Shown here piece after piece: positions 18,477-26,245 of a stretch of 30,534 nt of DNA. The notes under the pieces were generated by a model. The model saw only the letters and a program-made list of their open reading frames with translations. It was not told the DNA's origin and ran no database searches. The position numbers and the translations under genes are program-made. Location: IMG/VR virus record IMGVR_UViG_3300028888_000091; one strand, written 5' to 3'. This DNA is from an uncultured virus (IMG/VR IMGVR_UViG_3300028888_000091). Taxonomy: Duplodnaviria > Heunggongvirae > Uroviricota > Caudoviricetes. Each line of letters opens with the position of its first letter. The first letter of the stretch is position 1.

Positions 18477-18746
18477 TTAATCAATAATTAACCTTATATC
18501 ATGATTATAATCTTCTATTTTTGTTAATAATTCGGAAATCCCAATTATTTTCTCTTTTAATAAATCATTTTCTTTTTTTAACTTAATGATATATTCATAT
18601 TCATCAAATTTTTCACTACATAAATCATCTAATTCATTTAATGTATCACATAATTCAGACCAAGATAATTTATCATCTTCACATTTTCCAGTTGAATTCC
18701 AAGTATCAATGATTCCATAACAATCAATAATAAACCTATCAGTCAT
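18477..18746 (-). CDS. MTEKRF-related protein
   Basis: Start at MTDRF; GIID...LCDTLNELDD. Confidence 0.75.
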   Translation of the reverse strand: MTDRFIIDCYGIIDTWNSTGKCEDDKLSWSELCDTLNELDDLCSEKFDEYEYIIKLKKENDLLKEKIIGISELLTKIEDYNHDIRLIID

Positions 18747-18822
18747 AATATCTCCATAATCCATATAATATTCCAATTACTAAAAATATTAAAAACCAAC
18801 TAACAATAACATCCCACATCAT
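18739..18822 (-). CDS. Hydrophobic mini-protein (27 aa)
   Basis: MMWDVIVSWFLIFLVIGILYGLWRYYD; overlaps both neighbours. Confidence 0.5.
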   Translation of the reverse strand: MMWDVIVSWFLIFLVIGILYGLWRYYD

Positions 18823-19187
18823 TTTAATAAACCTCTTAAATATTTTTCTTGAAATAAATTCAAAATCCAAAATGGTTCATCCCATTCACAATAAATACAT
18901 TCTTCATGAATTCCTAATACTTTTGCAACAGTAGACTTATCTGATTTAACACCTATTAATATTCCAATATTTTCATTAGTGAATATATCTGCTCTTAAAC
19001 ATTCTATACCATATAAATGTAATCTATATAATATTTGAAGATGACTCCATTCTAAATCATCATCTAATTCTAAAATATTCCATTCATCTGATTTGTATGG
19101 GAAATAATCCTCATCATACTTGAATTGACAATGAGGACAATCACTTCCATCATTAGTAGTTTCAGTACAATAATTACATCTTTCCAT
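18819..19187 (-). CDS. Hypothetical protein with N-terminal CxxC...CxxC
   Basis: CNYC...CPHC. Confidence 0.7.
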   Translation of the reverse strand: MERCNYCTETTNDGSDCPHCQFKYDEDYFPYKSDEWNILELDDDLEWSHLQILYRLHLYGIECLRADIFTNENIGILIGVKSDKSTVAKVLGIHEECIYCEWDEPFWILNLFQEKYLRGLLK

Positions 19188-19200
19188 AACAATATAATCC

Positions 19201-19410
19201 TTAATTTCTTCTTCTTAATTTATAACCATCTTTCAATGCTAATTCTCTTATCTCTCTACATTTCCTTGCTCCTCTACCACCATTAATACCCACAGTATTA
19301 AATGCTTTTGTTAAACTATACCCTTTATTCAACAATGGTTTAACTTCATTCCAATAAATATCTTTCATTTCTTCCATATACTCTTCTTCATTTCTTTCTA
19401 TAATTCCCAT
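19201..19410 (-). CDS. Hypothetical protein
   Basis: GGTGA RBS; 69 aa. Confidence 0.65.
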   Translation of the reverse strand: MGIIERNEEEYMEEMKDIYWNEVKPLLNKGYSLTKAFNTVGINGGRGARKCREIRELALKDGYKLRRRN

Positions 19411-19481
19411 TATAAATCACCTAAAATTGCTCCACAAATAATAGCAATAATTATTGCCAATAATAAAATACCCATACTCAT
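19410..19481 (-). CDS. Hydrophobic mini-protein (23 aa)
   Basis: MSMGILLLAIIIAIICGAILGDL; TAATG overlaps at both ends. Confidence 0.5.
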   Translation of the reverse strand: MSMGILLLAIIIAIICGAILGDL

Positions 19482-19657
19482 TATCTTTCTTGTTCTTCCA
19501 AATACTCCATACATAATTTGCATAATTCAGTTGCTATATCCCTATCTCTTATAGGAAAATGAAATTTAATAATATCAAACCCACTTAATCTATCTTTAAT
19601 AAAACCTTTACCTTCAAATACATCCATATCATATCTTTCAATCATTTGTTTACTCAT
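19481..19657 (-). CDS. Hypothetical protein
   Basis: Start at MSKQMIERY (TAATG overlap). Confidence 0.6.
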   Translation of the reverse strand: MSKQMIERYDMDVFEGKGFIKDRLSGFDIIKFHFPIRDRDIATELCKLCMEYLEEQER

Positions 19658-19887
19658 TATTCTACACACTCCTTTTTAAAAATATTTTTAAGATAATTCA
19701 AATAATCAATTGCCTTATCTATATCCTCAATTATATCTTTTCCATTTCCTTTTTTACCACAACGAACAGTATATTTAATCACATTACCTTTACAAAATCC
19801 AATTAATTCATCTTCACTAATCAAACCTTGTTTAAAAGCAGACAATGGACTTAAACCATTCGATTTATAATATTCCGGTTCAACCAT
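19657..19887 (-). CDS. DUF3310 (SaV-like) protein
   Basis: PEYY...GFCKGNVIKYTVRCGKK...EDIDKAIDYL. Confidence 0.85.
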   Translation of the reverse strand: MVEPEYYKSNGLSPLSAFKQGLISEDELIGFCKGNVIKYTVRCGKKGNGKDIIEDIDKAIDYLNYLKNIFKKECVE

Positions 19888-19910
19888 ACTTAAACACACT
19901 TCCTTTAAAA

Positions 19911-20180
19911 TCATATCTTCTCATACTGTTTAGAAATTAATTTCAAATTCTTATTAGAAGTTACAGTAACATACATAATACTACTAAATGGAACAATACA
20001 TTTCTCCATAACAACTTCATCTTCAACATTGAATTCAATTTTAATTTCCATATGAAGATTAAAAAAAATAGGTTTCTTATTAATTAACAAATTAGAACCA
20101 TCAATAAAATGCAATATCATACAAGTTCCTTCTTTGTTAAAATTCTCATTACATACGAGTATAAAACTTGTTTTATCCAT
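19911..20180 (-). CDS. Hypothetical protein
   Basis: GGAG RBS; 89 aa. Confidence 0.65.
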   Translation of the reverse strand: MDKTSFILVCNENFNKEGTCMILHFIDGSNLLINKKPIFFNLHMEIKIEFNVEDEVVMEKCIVPFSSIMYVTVTSNKNLKLISKQYEKI

Positions 20181-20222
20181 TTATTCCAACTCTCCTTAAA
20201 AATTAATATTAAATTTTAAGAA

Positions 20223-20292
20223 TGGTTAAAAAAAGGAATCGAACCTTAAATTATAACCCACCATGAGTATAATACATACCAATGTTTTAACC
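20223..20292 (-). ncRNA. tRNA-like element (atypical cloverleaf)
   Basis: GGTTAAA.../TTTAACC-A closing stem, mini D-arm ACAT-TGGT-ATGT, extended central arm ATTATA.../TATAAT, T-arm AAGG-TTCGATT-CCTT. Confidence 0.55.
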
Positions 20293-20498
20293 AATACATT
20301 ATTAGTTTACAGTCTGAAAAGCACTTGTGAAGTTACTTGAGGAACATCAGACCATTCTTCTTCATATATTTGCCACATGAAGAAATCCCCTTATTTTCTC
20401 ATCTTATATAAAGAAGAAAAATACACGATACGAGAGTTTTTTTCCTATGAAACTTTTTAATTAACGAACGAATAGATTTTTCTGAAAATATTTTATAC

Positions 20499-20759
20499 TT
20501 ATTTACTATTATTCAAAGAATAATAATAAACAAGAACTCCTCCTTTTTCAATTGAATGAATATTATTTAAAAAATGAGTATTTTTAAGTTCATAACTTAA
20601 AAACTTACCAATCTTCCGACTGGTAATTGAAGTTCTAAAACCCCAATCATACTCATTAATAATATTTGCTAATTGATTAGCAGACAAACAATTTGGACTC
20701 TTATAAACCAAGATAGATTTAATTAAAACTCTTAATTTTGTTTTTTCCATCTTATCCAT
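20499..20759 (-). CDS. Small basic protein, possible winged-HTH
   Basis: LSANQLANII...ITSRKIGKFL...VLVYY. Confidence 0.55.
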   Translation of the reverse strand: MDKMEKTKLRVLIKSILVYKSPNCLSANQLANIINEYDWGFRTSITSRKIGKFLSYELKNTHFLNNIHSIEKGGVLVYYYSLNNSK

Positions 20760-20765
20760 AATACA

Positions 20766-22265
20766 TCAAAATTCTACTTTGTCATATCTTTCAGAATCTA
20801 ATATTTCAATCAAAACATCATAAGGATTGAATTTTTCACTCATAACCATTTTTAATACATTTTGACTGAAACCGGAAACTAATGTAACTCCTAACTCATT
20901 TTCAGTTAATGGTATAACTCCGGTACGAGAATTTACATTCCAAAAGATTAATTTAGGTAAATCATAACCAACTGCATTATAATATTCTTTAATTTCATCA
21001 AACAAACTTTTAGTTAAAATATTTGTATCTCTTCTCCATCCTCTTTGAGCAGAATCAAATTCCATGTCAGAAATAATAAGAATGTTTTTAATCATTTCTT
21101 CATTTGGAATATCATTTTCAACTGCTACTCCAAGAATAAGTTTGAAAACTGCTAAAATATTTGTATTAGAAATTTCATTATGTTCTCTTGCAGTTAATAG
21201 TTTATCCCTTAATTTCTTATCATTACTTAAATCAACAAATTGTGGTCTGTTAGAAAAAGTAATGTATTTATTTTTGTAAACACCAGTATTATGTTCAGAA
21301 GTGTAAATTGCTAATGCATTAGCAACATCAAGAGCAGTAGTATGTCCACTACTACCCACCGGAATAGTCATACTACCACTTCCATCTGCAACAACAAGAG
21401 TATTACTAATGTTTATGTTTTTGAGATTATCCCATGCTAATTCTAATACATCATCATAATCTCTTAATTTATATTTGGAAACTATATCAACTGGTGTTGC
21501 AACATTCATGTTTAATTTAGAATTGCCTTTTCTAACAGACTCTAAATATTCCATTCTTCTAATCTCATCATGCCTCATAAAAGCATCTTTATATTTGAGA
21601 TTTGCCAAAGATGGAACTTTATTATAATCAATATCACTCCATTTGTTATCACACATTTTAACTTCAACAACATCTAAATATCTACGAAGTTCAGATAACA
21701 TTAAACGATATTTTCTTGAACTTAATCCAAGTAATCTTCTAACTTTTTTGGCTAATGATTTTGTAGTTTTGCTACTTGCATTTTCACTTGGTAACCATTT
21801 ACCAAGTAATGAAATAGGTTTATTCTGTTCCATATTATTAATATCTGATTCTAATTGTTTACTAATAATATTAATAATATGTTTATCAGTTACATCACTA
21901 ATACCAATTAATGAAACTAAATCATCAAATCTACCATATTCACTAATAATATGAAGATTTTTAATAAATAATTCCACATCTAATTCAACTAATCTTTGAT
22001 AACAGATACGAAACAATCTTCTTTCACCTAATCCTTCACGAATATCTCTTGCAAAAAATAACCATTTTAAAGCATAAACATGATTTTCATGAAAAGCAGA
22101 ATCGAATAATTTAATTATTTCATCTTCACTACTATTACGAAGACTACTTACTTTAAAATTCAAATCAACTAATGCAGATTTAGAAGATTTGTATCCTATT
22201 GCACCATTTTCTGTTTTAGTTAAATTATCTTGTTTTTTTAATTCAGTTTCTATTAAATTGAACAT
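20766..22265 (-). CDS. DUF2828 + vWA protein (TROVE/Ro60-like)
   Basis: TENGA, ARDIREGLGERRLF, YGRFDDL, GKWLPSE, KVPS, MIDAS DGSGSM, IISDMEFD, IFWNV, LVSGFS. Confidence 0.85.
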   Translation of the reverse strand: MFNLIETELKKQDNLTKTENGAIGYKSSKSALVDLNFKVSSLRNSSEDEIIKLFDSAFHENHVYALKWLFFARDIREGLGERRLFRICYQRLVELDVELFIKNLHIISEYGRFDDLVSLIGISDVTDKHIINIISKQLESDINNMEQNKPISLLGKWLPSENASSKTTKSLAKKVRRLLGLSSRKYRLMLSELRRYLDVVEVKMCDNKWSDIDYNKVPSLANLKYKDAFMRHDEIRRMEYLESVRKGNSKLNMNVATPVDIVSKYKLRDYDDVLELAWDNLKNINISNTLVVADGSGSMTIPVGSSGHTTALDVANALAIYTSEHNTGVYKNKYITFSNRPQFVDLSNDKKLRDKLLTAREHNEISNTNILAVFKLILGVAVENDIPNEEMIKNILIISDMEFDSAQRGWRRDTNILTKSLFDEIKEYYNAVGYDLPKLIFWNVNSRTGVIPLTENELGVTLVSGFSQNVLKMVMSEKFNPYDVLIEILDSERYDKVEF

Positions 22266-22330
22266 AATAATAAACTTCCATCTTTGAATTTAAACAATAT
22301 TTAATAAATGATAAAAAAATATGAATAATA

Positions 22331-22458
22331 TACTAATGGTTAAAATGATTTAATAATAAAAAGAATACAAATGGTAAAATTCTAATTCATATTTTTCACG
22401 ATATAATAATAAAGGTGGTAGCAAATTCCGAATATCATCTCATTTTAAACCATTAGTA
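22331..22458 (-). ncRNA. Candidate ~128-nt RNA closed by an 18-bp stem with a single bulge
   Basis: TACTAATGGTTAAAATGA (22331-22348) is the reverse complement of TCATTTTAAACCATTAGTA (22440-22458) apart from one extra base. Confidence 0.35.
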
Positions 22459-22538
22459 AATTAAACCCATTTTCCTATACATCTATAAATTTATACATTT
22501 TTCCTTTGGAAAAAATGAAATTGAAATCTCAAAAAATA

Positions 22539-22615
22539 CAAGATGCATTTTATCAAATGATGCAATTTCATATATGTCAAATACAGTATAATATTTTGCA
22601 GTGATGCATCTTTCA
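22539..22615 (-). ncRNA. Y-RNA-like candidate unit 2
   Basis: TGAAAGATGCAT-CACTGCAA...ATGCATCTTG. Confidence 0.55.
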
Positions 22616-22640
22616 TAATTTGAGAACCGGTTAGACATAC

Positions 22641-22715
22641 CAAGATACTTTTTGTAGTTCAACCATATGTTATTCAAATCATTATTTTAGTATATTGCAG
22701 TTAAAGTATCTTTCA
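22641..22715 (-). ncRNA. Y-RNA-like candidate unit 1
   Basis: TGAAAGATACTTT-AACTGCAA...AAAGTATCTTG. Confidence 0.55.
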
Positions 22716-22746
22716 AATCTAAACCTATATATCATACGATAGAGCA

Positions 22747-23484
22747 TTATAAATTTAACTCTTCACCATGAATTTTTTTCCAAATTTCACACACATTTTT
22801 ATCAGTTACTTTATTAACAGATTGGAAATCTGATGGTTCTAATTTACATAAATCATTAAGACAATTAACATCTAATTCATTAGCAATGTTTTTTGCTTTA
22901 ACTTCACCAATACCATTAATTGTTGTTAAGTAAACTGCACATGGCACTTCTTCCAACTCTTCTTTTGGTGAAGGTCTAACAATTCCACCATATTTCTTTG
23001 TATCTGCAATTTTAGAAGAAATGTTAAGCATTTTTTTAAATGCTTCTTCTTCATTTTCAACAAAAATGATAGGAACATACATTGAATAAATCCTATCAAA
23101 TGCACCATTCACTTGTTTATCCATACGAGCAACTAAATTTCTCATTGTTCTGTATTTATATCTAAATGAAGGTACTGTAAAGTAAAGATTTTCCATTGCT
23201 TCTCTAAAATCACCACATACAATTAAATAACTGTATTCATAGTGAATAGATTGATTACTTACCTCATGAAATAATGTTTTATTTTCCATACTGTTAATGA
23301 AATCTTCGCAAGTTTTGAATTCAAAAATTGCTTGTTTCCCATCATTAGTGAAAAATAAATAATCACCATATTTCAAAGGTTCAACTTTCACATTGTATTT
23401 TCCAATATAATAATTATAGGCATTTTTACCTCTCACTTTTTCATGAGAGTCTATAATTATTGTATTAATATACCAATTACTCAT
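22747..23484 (-). CDS. ERCC4/XPF-family structure-specific endonuclease with C-terminal HhH
   Basis: IIIDSHE, YGDY, EFKTCEDFINS (ERKxxxD-like), LTTINGIGEVKAKNI. Confidence 0.85.
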   Translation of the reverse strand: MSNWYINTIIIDSHEKVRGKNAYNYYIGKYNVKVEPLKYGDYLFFTNDGKQAIFEFKTCEDFINSMENKTLFHEVSNQSIHYEYSYLIVCGDFREAMENLYFTVPSFRYKYRTMRNLVARMDKQVNGAFDRIYSMYVPIIFVENEEEAFKKMLNISSKIADTKKYGGIVRPSPKEELEEVPCAVYLTTINGIGEVKAKNIANELDVNCLNDLCKLEPSDFQSVNKVTDKNVCEIWKKIHGEELNL

Positions 23485-23537
23485 TTTTAATAATCACCAA
23501 GTCAATCTTCACTTGTATTAATATATGAATGAAGTAG

Positions 23538-23553
23538 TATATAAAGTTATCGG
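23538..23553 (-). promoter_or_regulatory. Archaeal BRE + TATA promoter (leftward operon)
   Basis: Minus strand CCGATAAC-TTTATATA ~55 bp upstream of the ERCC4 ATG, which has a GGTGA RBS. Confidence 0.7.
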
Positions 23554-23603
23554 TATATGATAATAGTATCATAGTTATGTGTTAATGGATAACCCATCAA
23601 AAA

Positions 23604-23619
23604 TAGAAACATTTATATA
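23604..23619 (+). promoter_or_regulatory. Archaeal BRE + TATA promoter (rightward)
   Basis: TAGAAACA-TTTATATA; GGAGG RBS at 23657-23661. Confidence 0.7.
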
Positions 23620-23671
23620 CTATGAAAACTAATATTATAATAGACAATATATTAATGGAGGAAAAACTAAA

Positions 23672-24259
23672 ATGAATTTAAAATTAGAAATTATATGTAA
23701 AGAATTTAAACATAAGAAACTTATGAACAATAAAATTATTGTGTCTGAAAAAGGTGGTGAATATTATATTATACCATTGACAAAATCTTTTGATTTAGAG
23801 TCTGATGAAGAAGTGTACAAATTAACATTTGAAAATCAATTATTATGGATTAAGTATAGTAATAATGCGAGAGAGATATTGATTAAGGAATTTGATTTTC
23901 AAGACTTTATTGTGATTGAATCAAAAGATATACTTGATATATATGTTAATATTCATACCACTCAATGTTTTAGGAAGAATGTTTGGCAATCAAAAAATAA
24001 TACAAGTGTTAATAAAAAATATCTTGGAAAGTATTTATTGATTTTACCTATTTTTGAGGATATGATTGATATTAAAGAATTTGGTATTGGTATTACTAAT
24101 TATCAGATTCATATGAACACTAATGAGATTTTATTGAAACAAGCGAAGAAAAGGTCTGAACATGGTTGTTACTTGATGCTTACCAATAATGTTAATTTGA
24201 GTCAAGAAGCATTGTTTGTTCCTTTGAAGGATGATGATTTAGGTTTATTTTTACCTTAA
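23672..24259 (+). CDS. Hypothetical protein, divergently transcribed
   Basis: 195-aa ORF with its own promoter and RBS, followed by T-tracts. Confidence 0.75.
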   Translation: MNLKLEIICKEFKHKKLMNNKIIVSEKGGEYYIIPLTKSFDLESDEEVYKLTFENQLLWIKYSNNAREILIKEFDFQDFIVIESKDILDIYVNIHTTQCFRKNVWQSKNNTSVNKKYLGKYLLILPIFEDMIDIKEFGIGITNYQIHMNTNEILLKQAKKRSEHGCYLMLTNNVNLSQEALFVPLKDDDLGLFLP

Positions 24260-24309
24260 TTCTTTTTTTAGTATTTTTTTATTTTTGGGAGTATTGTGGT
24301 TTTTTGTAA

Positions 24310-24720
24310 GGGTATGGTGAGTCACCATGCTTTATCACTATTGTTATTATGAACATTATTCATTTTTTTTAAATATATTATAGAAATGTTGAACAATGTT
24401 CAATTATTTTAATAAAAAATAAACAAACAATCGGAAGGTAATTTCCGACATGGTGAACATGGTGAAAAAACGAATAGGGTTACATTTCAAGTGTAAAATT
24501 TTCTTATATAATGGTATATGTATTAAAAATCACCATGTTCACCATGCCGATAACATACCAAATGAACAAAACTATATTATATTATATATTATTATATTAA
24601 AAAATATATAAATATATAATAATAAGCAAAAATACTGAACAATGTTCAACAAATAACAATTGTTATAACATGGTGAACCAAACATACCTCACCATACCCC
24701 ACCATACCCACCATGCTTTA
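24310..24720. repeat. Nested inverted repeats with multiple CACCAT boxes (origin-like)
   Basis: 24310-24321/24688-24699 (12 bp), 24387-24402/24636-24651 (15/16), 24449-24465/24530-24546 (17 bp perfect). Confidence 0.75.
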
Positions 24721-24859
24721 AATATAACATAAACAATGAAAACACGATAAAAACAAACAAAAACCGAGTCCAAGACCAAAAAATACTGCAAAACAAAAAA
24801 GTCAAGCGAATATGATAGCGAGGGCAAAATGCAACATTCGGTGTGTCTGTTGTAAATAC

Positions 24860-24915
24860 AACAGTTTCTATATGAAACAGTTTCCTTATGAAACAGTTTC
24901 CTTATGAAACAGTTT
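24860..24915. repeat. 16-bp tandem repeat x3.5
   Basis: (TATGAAACAGTTTCCT)n, containing the GAAAC-A-GTTTC palindrome. Confidence 0.9.
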
Positions 24916-25044
24916 ATTAGTATACTAATTTCAGACCTTTAAAATAACATAAAGTTAGATTAAGTTATATTAAATTAGTTTACTATTAAACTAAATATGT
25001 ATACAAATTTTCAAAATGTATACAAATTTTAAGGATTTCAAAAT

Positions 25045-25129
25045 ATCACTTTTTGTGAATTTTATTTCACTTTTTGTGAACAAATTTAAATAATTCACTT
25101 TTTGTGAATTTTATTTCACTTTTTGTGAA
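25045..25129. repeat. Four copies of palindrome TTCAC-TTTTT-GTGAA in two pairs
   Basis: Copies near 25045, 25066, 25094, 25115. Confidence 0.9.
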
Positions 25130-25726
25130 ATTTTTTTCATTTGTGTTAAGGTGTAATCCAAAAGGTTACACCTATTTTTTAGGTAATACTTTTTAGTTAA
25201 TTTGTATTATTTATCATGATTAATCATTACAAATTATTTTTAAGTTTATTTGATTTTTTTTAAATTTTGTTTGATTTGGTTTTTTAAATTTTGTTTGATT
25301 TTTTTGTTAATTTTATTTGATTTTTTTGTCGGTTTTTTCATTTGTTCGTATGTATACGAATTAACTGTTTAATTTTTTGGTATATTTTTTGTTATTTTGT
25401 TTAACATTTGTTAAAAGTTTATGTTATTTTGTCGATATATTTTGAAAATTTTTATTAATTTGTTCATTGAAAGAAATTGTTCTATTTACTATAATCTCAT
25501 ATATATCAAATACTATACAAAATTTCAAAATTCAAATAGATTAAGGAAATTAACAAATCAATTAATAATTTTAATAGTTAGTATCATTAGTTTTAATTTA
25601 ATTAATCGTATCTTTCATAATTCGCATACTTACAATTTAGAAATTTTCAGTAAGTAATACAAATTTAGTACATTAGTAATATTAAGTTTATTTGATTTTT
25701 TTTAAAGTTTATTTCAGTTACTTTAT

Positions 25727-25910
25727 ACACATAGTATATACAAAATATGTACGATATTTGTACGATTTATATACATTCAGAATTTAAACACATAGTATAT
25801 ACAATTTTAATACGATTTATGTACATTCAGAATTTAAACACATAGTATATACAATTTATGTACTTTAAAATATACACATAGTATATACAATTTTAATACG
25901 ATTTATATAC
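25727..25910. repeat. Four copies of ACACATAGTATATACAA within degenerate ~50-bp repeats
   Basis: Copies at 25727, 25788, 25838, 25874. Confidence 0.9.
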
Positions 25911-26245
25911 AATATATTACTATTTTGAAAATTTTAGTATTTTGTCAATTTTTTTAAAATATTTCTAAAAATCTTTTAATTTAAAGTACGATTTTGTTTA
26001 ATTTGTTCAATGAATTTTGAAATTTTGATTTTTAAATGTTCAGTATTTTTTTAATTTTATTGTTCATTTGTTTAGTATTTGTTTAAAAACATTGTACACT
26101 TATTTTTTAGTATTTTTTTGATGTTCAATTTTTTTAGTTTTTTATAATATTTTGTTTAATTTATAGTATGATTTTGTTTAATTTGTTTATTGAATTTTGA
26201 AATTTTTATATTATTGTTCAATTAATGATAATTATATATGGTATG

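Larger units (their letters stand above)
7959..18822 (-). repeat. Array of ~44 small genes joined by a conserved junction GGTGATTT(A/G)GA-ATGACTGAAAAACGATTT ('MTEKRF' array)
   Basis: Plus-strand AAATCGTTTTTCAGTCATTC-like motif recurs every ~100-650 bp; most ORFs start M(T/S/I/A)E(N)KR(F/Y), many upstream ORFs end GD(L/F)E*. Confidence 0.9.

Noticed and set aside
7959..18822. Diversity-generating retroelement as the source of paralogue variation
   Set aside because: No reverse transcriptase in the window and no TR/VR pair differing only at adenines was seen.
20223..20292. Calling the element tRNA-Met(CAT)
   Set aside because: CTCAT is not centred in a 7-nt loop on a 5-bp stem, and the D-arm and connector are non-canonical.
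344..21954. Plus-strand ORFs of the track within the left arm (e.g. 344-529, 1135-1392, 2034-2282, 13792-14154, 21643-21954)
   Set aside because: Antisense shadows of well-supported minus-strand genes; low-complexity S/F/L/I composition.
22483..22677. 64-aa minus-strand ORF
   Set aside because: Non-ATG start, no clear RBS, and it crosses two co-varying hairpin units better explained as RNA.
22926..23108. 60-aa alternative-frame ORF inside the ERCC4 gene
   Set aside because: Fully nested in a conserved nuclease gene with no independent signals.
25421..25657. 78-aa ORF in the non-coding block
   Set aside because: No RBS and it lies in a repeat-rich AT tract; likely a chance ORF.
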